Shown in pieces: positions 1-8,476 of a DNA stretch of 17,022 bases. The stretch lies in NCBI GenBank assembly GCA_037133055.1, contig JBAXOY010000065.1:1-17022 (forward strand). Direction: 5' to 3'. Both the position numbers and the translations under genes were made by a program. The notes under the pieces were generated by a model. It made no database searches, was not told the DNA's origin, and worked only from the letters and a program-made list of their open reading frames with translations. Positions within the stretch are counted from its first letter, which is position 1, and each line of letters starts with the position of its first letter. This stretch comes from Chlamydiota bacterium. Lineage in GTDB: Bacteria; Auribacterota; Tritonobacteria; UBA1439.

Positions 1-2
1 CC

Positions 3-698
3 AGCGGGAGTAAGGAGCTCGGGGCCCCAACGGAGAGCGGGGCAGCTGACAGCGAGGCGGCCGCCGACGAGCTCGTGTTTCTCGATCTCACCGTCACCGT
101 GGAGAAGAGGAGGTCGATCATCAAGGCGGTGCGGCAGACCGTGCCCCGGATCAACGTGCCGCTCACCGTCGGCGGCGGCGTCGGGAGCATCCGGGGCATC
201 GGGGAGTTCATGTCCGCCGGGGCTTCGCGGTGCTCCGTCAACACTGCCGCGGTGCGGAAGCCCGACTTCGTGCGCGAAGCGGCGCGGGAATTCGGCGGGG
301 AGGCCATCGTCGTCGCCATCGACACGCGGAGGTCGGCCAAGGCGCCGTCGGGGTTCGAGGTGGTCGTGAGCGGCGGCCGCCAGCCGACGGGGCTGGACGC
401 GGTCGAATGGGCGAAGCGGGTTGAAGGCCTGGGCGCGGGGACGATCCTCGCCGCCGGCACGGACGCGGACGCCGCGAATGCCGGCTTCGACATCCCGATG
501 ACAAGGGCGATCGCGGACGCGGTGAAGATCCCGGTCATTGCCGCGGGAGACGCGGGGACTCTCGAGCAGCTCCACGAGGCGATCGCGGAGGGGCACGCGG
601 ACGCGGTCCTCGTCGCCTCGATCGCGCACCGGGGGACCTGCACGATCCGGCAGATCAAGGAGTATCTGGCCTCGCGGGGAGTGCCGGTCCGGCTGTAG
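3..698 (+). CDS. hisF: HisF-like imidazole glycerol phosphate synthase cyclase subunit (5'-partial, divergent paralog)
   Basis: Frame is open from the window start. Motifs ADELVFLDL, PLTVGGG, SVNTAAV, FGGEAIVVAID, GFDI, IKEYLASRGVPVRL are HisF-typical, but several active-site motifs are altered. Confidence 0.85.
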   Translation, partial: SGSKELGAPTESGAADSEAAADELVFLDLTVTVEKRRSIIKAVRQTVPRINVPLTVGGGVGSIRGIGEFMSAGASRCSVNTAAVRKPDFVREAAREFGGEAIVVAIDTRRSAKAPSGFEVVVSGGRQPTGLDAVEWAKRVEGLGAGTILAAGTDADAANAGFDIPMTRAIADAVKIPVIAAGDAGTLEQLHEAIAEGHADAVLVASIAHRGTCTIRQIKEYLASRGVPVRL

Positions 699-735
699 CG
701 GACTCCGGCCCGCGGTATTACCGCCGACCCGGGGC

Positions 736-765
736 TGGAATCCGCCGCGCGGGATGTGCTACAGT
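736..765 (+). promoter_or_regulatory. Possible sigma70 promoter with extended -10
   Basis: TGcTACAGT at 757-765, weak -35 TGGAAT at 736-741, upstream of the GGAGGGAG RBS of the next gene. Confidence 0.35.
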
Positions 766-785
766 GCACGCGGAGGGAGTGCTCG

Positions 786-1250
786 GTGAACTGTTCGTTC
801 TGTTGTGCGGCAGTGTTCGCCTTCACGGCGTTTCCGCGCCTTGCCGCGGCCGCAGAAGCGGACCCTGCCCGAATCGCGCTGGACCCCGATGCGTACGTCG
901 GGAAGGCCGTAACGGTCGCGGTGAAGTTCTCGAAGATCGACAACGGGCACGAGCCGTGGGAGGAACAGGCCAACCTGAAGGCGTCGAGGATGCTCAAGTT
1001 CACGGCAGTCCCCCTCGCCGAGATCAGGTGCTACGCGGACCGCACGCGGCTGAACATGGAGGCGCTCGCGGGGCTCAAGAAGGGGACGAGGCTCATCCTC
1101 TCCGGCGTCGTCAGGAGATACCGGGCGAAGGTGAAGGTCACGTCCCACCGGAAAGATAAGGCCACCGGCAAGAGACGCACGGTGGAGCGCGTCGAGAAGG
1201 GGCGCGTGCGGTACGCGTTCATCGTCGAAACCATCGCGCGGGCGGGGTAA
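786..1250 (+). CDS. Secreted hypothetical protein, probable OB-fold (paralog 1)
   Basis: RBS GGAGGGAG then GTG at 786. Signal-like N-terminus ending AAAAE, YVGKAVTV motif, and clear similarity to 1365-1874. Confidence 0.75.
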   Translation: MNCSFCCAAVFAFTAFPRLAAAAEADPARIALDPDAYVGKAVTVAVKFSKIDNGHEPWEEQANLKASRMLKFTAVPLAEIRCYADRTRLNMEALAGLKKGTRLILSGVVRRYRAKVKVTSHRKDKATGKRRTVERVEKGRVRYAFIVETIARAG

Positions 1251-1254
1251 GGTT

Positions 1255-1273
1255 TCCCCCGCCTGTCGGGGGA
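1255..1273 (+). terminator. GC-rich hairpin after the first OB-like gene
   Basis: TCCCCCG-cctgt-CGGGGGA 7-bp stem just after the stop codon; poor U-tract. Confidence 0.4.
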
Positions 1274-1329
1274 TTCACGTGTGACGGTGTGCGCGAGGAA
1301 GGCCTCTCACCCCCGCGGGGGGGGGATCG

Positions 1330-1350
1330 AAAATTCTCGAAGCGAATTTT
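1330..1350. promoter_or_regulatory. AT-rich palindrome, possible operator
   Basis: AAAATTC-N7-GAATTTT directly upstream of the GAGGAGG RBS. Confidence 0.35.
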
Positions 1351-1364
1351 TGAGGAGGCGCGCT

Positions 1365-1874
1365 ATGAGATGGATGGCGGTGATTGCGGGGAGCGTTATC
1401 GCGGGCCTGGCGGCGTGCGGTGGTCCCGCGCGCGCGGAGGAAGAGATCGACCCGGGCAGGGTTGTGGCGAACCCGAGGGACTACGTGGGGAGGACGGTGA
1501 CGGTCACGGTCAGGTTCGGGAAGATCAACAACGTCTTCCGCGGCTGGGAGGGCGAGGCCAACCTGAAGGCGAGCGCGAAGATCAAGTTCGTCGCGATGCC
1601 GCTCGCCGAGATCGCCTGCTACGCCGACAAGAACGACGAGAACGAGAAACTGCTCGGCGGCCTCCGCCCGGGGCAGGAGCTCACCATGACCGGCTACATC
1701 AGGAAATACAAGATGGAGGCGAAGGTCAAGGGGGAGCGGCGCACCGTGAAGCGGACCGTGAAGGGCTCGGAGATTTACGCGTTCATCGTGAAGAAGATCG
1801 ACGGGGTCGGGGAATCGGCTCCGGGCGGGCCGGGCGGCATGATGCCGCGGGGCCGCCGGATGATGCCTCGTTAG
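1365..1874 (+). CDS. Secreted or lipoprotein hypothetical protein, probable OB-fold (paralog 2)
   Basis: RBS GAGGAGG, ATG at 1365. N-terminus MRWMAVIAGSVIAGLAACGGPARAEE contains a LAAC lipobox-like site or an ARA SPI site; YVGRTVTV motif. Confidence 0.8.
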   Translation: MRWMAVIAGSVIAGLAACGGPARAEEEIDPGRVVANPRDYVGRTVTVTVRFGKINNVFRGWEGEANLKASAKIKFVAMPLAEIACYADKNDENEKLLGGLRPGQELTMTGYIRKYKMEAKVKGERRTVKRTVKGSEIYAFIVKKIDGVGESAPGGPGGMMPRGRRMMPR

Positions 1875-1936
1875 ACGAGCCGTCCTGCCGCATGCGAGGC
1901 CGGAAGCGTCCTGATCCGACAACAGTGGAGGGAACC

Positions 1937-3019
1937 GTGAAGAGGTGGATCGCGTGTGCGGCGGCGTCCGCGTGCCTTCTCGGATGCGCCGCTTCGCCCC
2001 GCGCGGAGATCCGGAAACAGGAGATCGTGCCGGTGGTCAACAGGGACTACTTCCCGGCGCTGATGGGCATGCTCGGGAAGTCGAGGAAGAGCGTGGATTT
2101 CATCCAGCTCGAGTGGCACTACACCCCCGAGACCGTCGGGAAGATACAGGACGCGCTCCAGGCGGCCGTGAAGCGCGGCGTGCGCGTGCGGGGCCTCGTC
2201 GACAACGGCATCTCCTTCAACCCGCGGAGCGTGGAGTTCCTCACGAAGAAGTTCGGGGTGGACGCGAAGCTCGACACGCCGGAGAAGATGACGCACAACA
2301 AGATCTTCATCGTGGACGGGGCCGAGGTCCTGCTCGGCTCGACCAACCTCACGCACAACTCGATGGAGCGCAACAACGAGACGAACATCCTCCTCCGCGA
2401 CCCGGTGATCGCGGCCTATTTCGAGGGCTATTTCGAGAAGCTCTGGAGGGATTCCGCAACGGAGCCCGGCGTCGCCCCGAAGACCTCCGGGGCGGTCACC
2501 GCGTTCACGAACCGCTCGTACCTTGACGAGGTCCTCCCCCTCTTCGCCGGGGCGAAGGACTCGATCAGGGTCCTCATGTACGGGATAAGCTACACGCCCG
2601 GGAAGCCCGCGTCGAGCGTGAACCGGCTCGTGGACGCGCTCGTCGACGCCCGGGCGCGCGGGGTCAAGGTCATGGTGATCCTCGACCGGAGCAACTACAA
2701 CAAGGCCATCAACGGGGTCAACGAAAAGGCGAAGGCGTATCTGGAGTCGAAGGGGGTGGAGACCCGGTGGGACGACATGCAGGTGACGAGCCACGCGAAG
2801 CTCATCATCGCCGACGGGGCGGTGGTCGTCGGGTCGTACAACTGGGGCCGCGACGCGATGGACCGTAGAAACGAGTGCGCCCTGCTCGTCCGCGACCCCG
2901 CCGCCCGCGACTATTTCGTCGGGTACTTCGACACCCTCTGGAACGGGAAGGCATGGCCGCCGGGAACGCCGGCCCCGGCCGCCGGGAGCGGTCAGGAGCG
3001 CGCCGACGCGGCGCATTGA
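1937..3019 (+). CDS. Phospholipase D superfamily lipoprotein with two HKD domains
   Basis: RBS GGAGGG, GTG at 1937. Lipobox LLGC; HNKIFIVD...GSTN...NNE and HAKLIIAD...GSYN...RNE. Confidence 0.9.
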   Translation: MKRWIACAAASACLLGCAASPRAEIRKQEIVPVVNRDYFPALMGMLGKSRKSVDFIQLEWHYTPETVGKIQDALQAAVKRGVRVRGLVDNGISFNPRSVEFLTKKFGVDAKLDTPEKMTHNKIFIVDGAEVLLGSTNLTHNSMERNNETNILLRDPVIAAYFEGYFEKLWRDSATEPGVAPKTSGAVTAFTNRSYLDEVLPLFAGAKDSIRVLMYGISYTPGKPASSVNRLVDALVDARARGVKVMVILDRSNYNKAINGVNEKAKAYLESKGVETRWDDMQVTSHAKLIIADGAVVVGSYNWGRDAMDRRNECALLVRDPAARDYFVGYFDTLWNGKAWPPGTPAPAAGSGQERADAAH

Positions 3020-3053
3020 TCGCCGTGCGCGATCCTGCGGGGGAACGGAAACG

Positions 3054-5402
3054 ATGAAATATCACGTGCGCGCCGCGCAGTTGCGGGCCGTTCTCGCGGC
3101 CCTCTGCGCGGCGCTTCTTGCCCGGGCGGCTGCCCCGGCCGCTCCGGAGACCCCGGGGGCGGACGACCGGAACGCCTTCCGCTTCGCCGTGCTGGGGGAC
3201 AACCAGCCGCACTCCGCCTTCGCCCTGCCCAACAAGGTCTATGAGGAAATCCTTGACCGCATCGAAAAACTAAAGCCTGACTTTGTCGTTAACGTCGGGG
3301 ATATCATCAACGGAAGCACCAATCCCCGCATATCCAGAAGACAGGTCGTGGATTTCAAGGAGTCCTCGAAGAGGCTTAGCATGCCCTATTACGTCGCCTT
3401 CGGGAATCATGACATGGCTTGGAACCCGAAAATAATAGAGGAGATGGTTGGGCCGCTGTACTTCTCATTCAACCACAAGGGCGCGCACTTTGTCCTCCTG
3501 AACACGGACTTTACCGGGCAGCACCTGTCAATTGTCGGAAAACAACTCGAATGGCTGAAGGAAGACCTCCGACGAAACGCCGGCGCGAAGCCGATCTTCG
3601 TCTTCCTGCACCGCCCCGTTTTCGCCGTTGGGTCGGGGCCCGACAGTATGAAGAGGGAGGAGCGGGAAAAGCTTCACGCGCTCTTCCTGGCGCACGGCGT
3701 CTCGGCTGTTTTCAGTGGGCACCAGCACCTGTATCACGTCGAGGAGCACGACGGCATCCGGTACTACATCACCGGCGGCGCAGGGGGGCCGCTGTTACTT
3801 ACCGCGCAAAACGCTTTTTACCATTTCCTCCTGATTACGGTGCACGACGGAAAATTTGACGTGGGACTGAACAGGATGGAGGAGGACAGAGCGTCCCATT
3901 TCATGGGATTGGTTGAAATGGACAACCCGTTTTTTACCCAGCCGCTCGGCTGCCGCTCTTCCTCGATTGTCGACAAGCTCGAACCCTGCGCTCCGGAGAC
4001 GCCGGCGACAACCCCCGCCGGGGAGCTGTTTGCACGAGGGTTCAAACTCCAGAAGGCGGGGAAGATGAAGCTCGCCCTGTGGGAGTACGACGCGGCCCTG
4101 GCGGCCGACCCCTCCCTGCTCGCGGCGGTCAACAACAAGGCGGTTATCCTCGCCACGGGGGGAATGACCCGGGATGCCGAGTCACTCCTGGCAGGGCTGG
4201 TGGGGAAACGGGAGGAGCCCGCGGAGGCGCGGTTCAACCTCGCGCTGCTCCTCGCGGAGGCCGGGAGCAGTCCCGCGGCCCTGAAACTTCTCAGGGAAGG
4301 TCTCGCCCGGAGGCCGGAAAGCGCCCTGCTCCACATCGGCACGGGGCTTGTCTTCGCCCGCGCAAAAGACTTCGACACCGCGGAGAAGGAGTTTGCCGCG
4401 GCGCTCTCGCTCAGGCCGGAAGCGCCGCGCCTGGACATCGCGGAGCTTGCCCTTGTCCGCGGAGATTTCAACAGGGTAATCTCTCTCTGCCGGGGAATTA
4501 TGGCGCGGCAGCCCGGCAATCGGGACGCGCTTTCCCTCATGGGCGAGGCCTATGCCGGGGAGAAGAAATACCGGGAGGCATCGGTCTGCTACGCGCGGTT
4601 GCTGGAGGCCGACCCGGAGGATTATGCGACGTGTATTGCGGCGGGGAATGTGTATCTTCAGACAGGCGACAACAATGCCGCAATCAAGGCATACACGCAG
4701 GCCCTCTCGGCCAGGCAGGATTTCATCCCGGCCCTGTACAATCTGTCCATCGCCTACCTTCTCGAAGGCAAAAATAATCGAGAGCCGTCCCAGGATTTGA
4801 TTTATCAGCGCCTGTCATTCGATGATCCTGAAAAGATCCTAGACCCCCTGAAAACCATGATCTCGCTCGGCGTCCGTGACGAGCTCAGGGCCAAGGCGCT
4901 GAACAACCTCGCGACAACGCTCTATCTCGGAGGACTTGCCGATCCGATCGCCATCGAGCAGTACCTGAATCAGGCGATCGACGCCGCGGGAAACCTCCCC
5001 CAGCCCCGCGTCAATCTGGGGAACATCTACTGGGAGACGGACCGGATCGGTCTCGCCGGGCTTTCCTATATCGAGGCCCTCAAACGCGAGCCGGCCTGTT
5101 CCGCCGCGAGGTACAACCTCGCGACCCTCCTCGTCCTCGAAGGGAAAGTAGACGAGGGGATCGACGCGTACAAGGAGCTTCTCGCGCGGGATCCATCCTA
5201 CTACAGGGGCTGGAGCTCGATCGCCGAGGTGTACATGCGCCGCCACATGGAGAACCCGGCGGAGACGCGGTTCCTCTCCCTGGCCCTCGAGGCATGGCGA
5301 AAATCCTGCCGGATCAAACAGGAGGGGAACCTTGCATGCGGGATGGTGGAGAAGATCGAGAGAGAACATCCCGGGGTCCCGAATGCTGAGGGCGCCCCGT
5401 GA
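3054..5402 (+). CDS. Secreted calcineurin-like metallophosphoesterase fused to TPR repeats
   Basis: Signal peptide; motifs GDNQ, GDIIN, GNHD, FLHRP, GHQH; C-terminal TPR-like helices (ARFNLA, ALYNLS, ALNNLA, RVNLGN, ARYNLA). Confidence 0.9.
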   Translation: MKYHVRAAQLRAVLAALCAALLARAAAPAAPETPGADDRNAFRFAVLGDNQPHSAFALPNKVYEEILDRIEKLKPDFVVNVGDIINGSTNPRISRRQVVDFKESSKRLSMPYYVAFGNHDMAWNPKIIEEMVGPLYFSFNHKGAHFVLLNTDFTGQHLSIVGKQLEWLKEDLRRNAGAKPIFVFLHRPVFAVGSGPDSMKREEREKLHALFLAHGVSAVFSGHQHLYHVEEHDGIRYYITGGAGGPLLLTAQNAFYHFLLITVHDGKFDVGLNRMEEDRASHFMGLVEMDNPFFTQPLGCRSSSIVDKLEPCAPETPATTPAGELFARGFKLQKAGKMKLALWEYDAALAADPSLLAAVNNKAVILATGGMTRDAESLLAGLVGKREEPAEARFNLALLLAEAGSSPAALKLLREGLARRPESALLHIGTGLVFARAKDFDTAEKEFAAALSLRPEAPRLDIAELALVRGDFNRVISLCRGIMARQPGNRDALSLMGEAYAGEKKYREASVCYARLLEADPEDYATCIAAGNVYLQTGDNNAAIKAYTQALSARQDFIPALYNLSIAYLLEGKNNREPSQDLIYQRLSFDDPEKILDPLKTMISLGVRDELRAKALNNLATTLYLGGLADPIAIEQYLNQAIDAAGNLPQPRVNLGNIYWETDRIGLAGLSYIEALKREPACSAARYNLATLLVLEGKVDEGIDAYKELLARDPSYYRGWSSIAEVYMRRHMENPAETRFLSLALEAWRKSCRIKQEGNLACGMVEKIEREHPGVPNAEGAP

Positions 5403-5476
5403 CGCGTTGTGCTCACCCCGGGGGCGTGAGCGCGGCAACGGGGAGGAGCGGCACGGCGCGCGGTGCCGGAAGGGGG

Positions 5477-6295
5477 ATGCGGCTTTCGCCGCGCGCGGTG
5501 CGGGCCTTCAGGCGCAGCGTCTACCGCCACTACGCGCGGCACGGGCGAAAGTTCCCCTGGCGCTCCGCCCCGGATCCGTACCGGGTCCTCGTGTCGGAAA
5601 TCATGCTCCAGCAGACGCAGGCGGACCGCGTCGCGGAAAAGTTCCCCGCGTTCATCGCCTCCTTCCCCGATTTCGAGTCCCTCGCCCGTGCCCCTCTGAG
5701 GCGGGTGCTCGCGGCCTGGCGCGGCCTCGGCTACAACCGCCGGGCGCTCGCCCTGAAGAGGATCGCCTCGCGGGTCGTCGCCGAGTCCGGCGGCGCGCTG
5801 CCGGGCTCTCCCGAGGAGCTGCGGGCGCTCCCGGGGATCGGGAAGGCGACCGCCTCCTCCATCGCGGCCTTCGCGTTCGGGGCGCCCGCCGCGTTCGTCG
5901 AGACGAACATCAGGGCCGCGTTTATCCACGGCTTTTTCCCGGGGCGGCGGACCGTGGACGACCGGGAGATACTGCCCCTCGTTCAGCAGACGCTCGACGC
6001 ACGGGACCCGCGAAGGTGGTACAACGCCCTTATGGACTACGGCGCGATGATCAAGGCGCGGCACGGGAACCCGGCGAGGAGGAGCGCCCATCACCGCGGG
6101 CAGCCCGCCTTCGCGGGATCGGACCGCCAGATGAGAGGCAGGGCGCTCCGGGCGCTGCTCGCGGGGGGCGCGGAGGGCGCGGGCGCCCTCGCCGCGCGCC
6201 TTGGGGAGGGCGCGGTCCGGATGGAGCGGATCCTCGCGGGACTCCAGCGGGACGGCCTGGTGGAGAAGAGTCGGGGGGGCTTCTCGATCGCGTGA
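5477..6295 (+). CDS. mutY: MutY-like HhH-GPD A/G-specific adenine glycosylase, short form lacking the Fe-S motif
   Basis: PWR..DPYRVLVSEIMLQQTQ, WRGLGYNRRA, HhH LPGIGKATA, VETNI, NALMDYG. ATG at 5477 follows AAGGGGG. Confidence 0.85.
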   Translation: MRLSPRAVRAFRRSVYRHYARHGRKFPWRSAPDPYRVLVSEIMLQQTQADRVAEKFPAFIASFPDFESLARAPLRRVLAAWRGLGYNRRALALKRIASRVVAESGGALPGSPEELRALPGIGKATASSIAAFAFGAPAAFVETNIRAAFIHGFFPGRRTVDDREILPLVQQTLDARDPRRWYNALMDYGAMIKARHGNPARRSAHHRGQPAFAGSDRQMRGRALRALLAGGAEGAGALAARLGEGAVRMERILAGLQRDGLVEKSRGGFSIA

Positions 6296-6320
6296 GGGGG
6301 CACGCGGCCCCCGTTCACGC

Positions 6321-6350
6321 TGGACACGCCTGCGGCGGGCGCGTTAGTAT
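6321..6350 (+). promoter_or_regulatory. Possible sigma70 promoter
   Basis: TGGACA-N18-TAGTAT upstream of the AAGGAG RBS and GTG 6380. Confidence 0.4.
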
Positions 6351-6379
6351 CATATGCGAAGGCGAAGGAGTACGACGCA

Positions 6380-7813
6380 GTGACACTCAGGGAGCCGCTC
6401 TATCGCTGGATCGTGGCGGTCCTCGCGCTCGGGGCGGCCGCGGCCTTGTGCATCCTCCTCTCGGTGCAGCGCTCGGCGCTCGTGCCGCCGCCGCTCGCGC
6501 CTTTCCCCTCGCTCACGGCGGGGGACCGCGTGCTCATCCTCGCCCCGCACGAGGATGACGAAACGCTGGCGGCCGGGGGGCTCATCCAGCGGGCGCGCTC
6601 CGTCGGCGCGAAGGTGCGCGTCGCCTACCTGACCTACGGCGACCACAACCAGTTCGCCTTCATGGTCTACCGCAGGAGCCTCTGGGTGACACCCTCGATC
6701 AACAGGAAGATGGGAGAGATCCGCCGCGACGAGGCGACGCGGGCGATGTCGTTCCTCGGCGTGTCGCCGCAGGAGCTGTCGTTCCTCGGCTACCCGGACA
6801 ACGACACGCTTGACATCTGGTGTTCCCGCTGGGGCGCCGCGCCGCCCCTTCACAGCGTCCTCACGAACACCGAGCGCGTCCCGTACCGCGACGCGCTCGG
6901 CTACGGGAAGCAGTACAAGGGGGAGAGCATCACAGCCGACGTGGCCGGCGTGCTCCGCGACTTTCGCCCGACCCTCGTCTTCGTCTCGCACCCCGCGGAC
7001 GGCAACCCAGACCACCGCGCGTTCTACCTCTACCTGCGCCTCGCCCTCCTCGAGCTCGACGGCGAAATCCCCCCGCCGGGGGTCTACACCTACCCGGTCC
7101 ACATGGGGCCGTGGCCGAGGCCGCACCGGTATCACCCGGACGAATGGCTCTCTTTTCCCGTGCGCCTGGGACCAGAAATTGGGCGCGCCGTGTCGCTCGT
7201 GCTTACCCCGGAGGAGGTGCGTCGCAAATACGAGGCGATTTGCATGTACCGGAGCCAGATGTCGGACAGCGGCCGCTGGCTGACCGCCTTTGCGCGCCGC
7301 AACGAGCTGTTCATCCTCGACGAGCCCGCCCCGCTTCCCCTCGGGCGGTATTGGAGCGAGCGGCGGAAGGCGATGGCGAACGCCTCGACGATCGCCTACG
7401 AGGTCGAGTACCAGATGGGGCACGTCGGGGGCGTGGCCTACCGGGGCACCCCCGGGGGGATGTGCGTCAGGGTCGATCTGCTGCGAAGGATGGAACGGGC
7501 GCTGGGGCTGTCCGTCAGCCTTTTCGGTTACCGGCGCGGAACGCCGTTTTCGGAGATGCCGAAGCTGGGCATCGACTGGTTCGTCGGGAAGCTGCGCGTC
7601 AGCGACGGCGGCCGCGTGATCGCGACGAGCGGGGTGAAGGTCGAGGACGCAGAGGGACGGGTCACATTCACGGTCCCCTGGGAGATGCTGGGGACGCCGG
7701 ACGCCGTGTTCGCGCACATGCGCGGGATGATCGGATCCGCCGACCGCTCGTACACGGGGTGGGAAGAGTTCACGGTCACGCGCGCACCCGCGGCGACCCC
7801 GGGGAAGCGATGA
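6380..7813 (+). CDS. PIG-L/LmbE family N-acetylglucosaminyl deacetylase with N-terminal membrane anchor
   Basis: LAPHEDDE, LTYGD, RRDEA, LGYPD, HPADGNPDH, K..AI..YRSQ; hydrophobic N-terminus; extra beta-rich C-terminal domain. Confidence 0.9.
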   Translation: MTLREPLYRWIVAVLALGAAAALCILLSVQRSALVPPPLAPFPSLTAGDRVLILAPHEDDETLAAGGLIQRARSVGAKVRVAYLTYGDHNQFAFMVYRRSLWVTPSINRKMGEIRRDEATRAMSFLGVSPQELSFLGYPDNDTLDIWCSRWGAAPPLHSVLTNTERVPYRDALGYGKQYKGESITADVAGVLRDFRPTLVFVSHPADGNPDHRAFYLYLRLALLELDGEIPPPGVYTYPVHMGPWPRPHRYHPDEWLSFPVRLGPEIGRAVSLVLTPEEVRRKYEAICMYRSQMSDSGRWLTAFARRNELFILDEPAPLPLGRYWSERRKAMANASTIAYEVEYQMGHVGGVAYRGTPGGMCVRVDLLRRMERALGLSVSLFGYRRGTPFSEMPKLGIDWFVGKLRVSDGGRVIATSGVKVEDAEGRVTFTVPWEMLGTPDAVFAHMRGMIGSADRSYTGWEEFTVTRAPAATPGKR

Positions 7814-8442
7814 TACGCCCCTACAGGGATTCCGACCGCGAGGCGGTGCGGGCGCTCTGCGCCGCAACGGCGCTTTGCGGGCAGCCGCTGCCGCCGCGCC
7901 TTGTGGACGCCGGGCTCGCGGCCGATGCGCTCCTCCTGTACTATACGGAGTACGAGCCCGGGTCGCTTTTCGTGGCCGAGGAGTCCGGCGTCGTGACGGG
8001 GTATCTCGCGGGCTGCCTCGACACGCGGCGGTTCGAGCGCGTCACCGCCCGGAGGATCGCCCCGCGCCTCATCGCGGCGTGCGCGAGGCGCGGCCATCTC
8101 TTCCGCGCCGGCGCGTGGGGGCTGGCGGCCGCGCTCCTCGCGGCGGGGATCCGGCGGGCGCGTGTCATGCGGGCGATTCTTCCCGCATACCCCGCGCATT
8201 GCCACGTCAACGTGGCGGCGGAGGCGAGGCGGCGCGGCGCAGGCACGGAGCTCTGGGGCGCGTTTCACGAGCTCCTGGAGGCCCGCGAGGTGCCCGGCGT
8301 CCACGTCTCCACGCCGACCGTGGCGGGAAAATTGTTTTTCGGCCGGGCGGGGTTCAAGATTCTCGCGCGCTATATGGCCGTGACCCTCGGCGGCGTTTCG
8401 CCGGGCGAGGTGTGGATCATGGGATTGAAACTCGCGGCATGA
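7810..8442 (+). CDS. GNAT family N-acetyltransferase
   Basis: ATGA overlap with the upstream stop. MIRPYRDSDREAV, FVAEESGVVTGYLAG, YPAHCHVNV...ARRRGAG (acetyl-CoA motif A), FFGRAGF. Confidence 0.85.
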   Translation: MIRPYRDSDREAVRALCAATALCGQPLPPRLVDAGLAADALLLYYTEYEPGSLFVAEESGVVTGYLAGCLDTRRFERVTARRIAPRLIAACARRGHLFRAGAWGLAAALLAAGIRRARVMRAILPAYPAHCHVNVAAEARRRGAGTELWGAFHELLEAREVPGVHVSTPTVAGKLFFGRAGFKILARYMAVTLGGVSPGEVWIMGLKLAA

Positions 8443-8476
8443 AAAGGCCGCCGTCCATCCGAAAGCGAGGTGCGCC

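Noticed and set aside
1839..1871. MMPR...MMPR mini-duplication at the C-terminus of the second OB-like protein
   Set aside because: Short low-complexity tail; no evidence of function.
1289..1936. 216-aa N-terminal extension of the PLD ORF in the track (576 aa)
   Set aside because: It overlaps the real 1365-1874 gene out of frame; RBS, GTG and lipobox support a start at 1937.
6820..7809. Long N-terminal extension of the GNAT ORF (540 aa)
   Set aside because: Arg/Pro-rich shadow frame of the PIG-L gene; the real start is the ATGA overlap at 7810.
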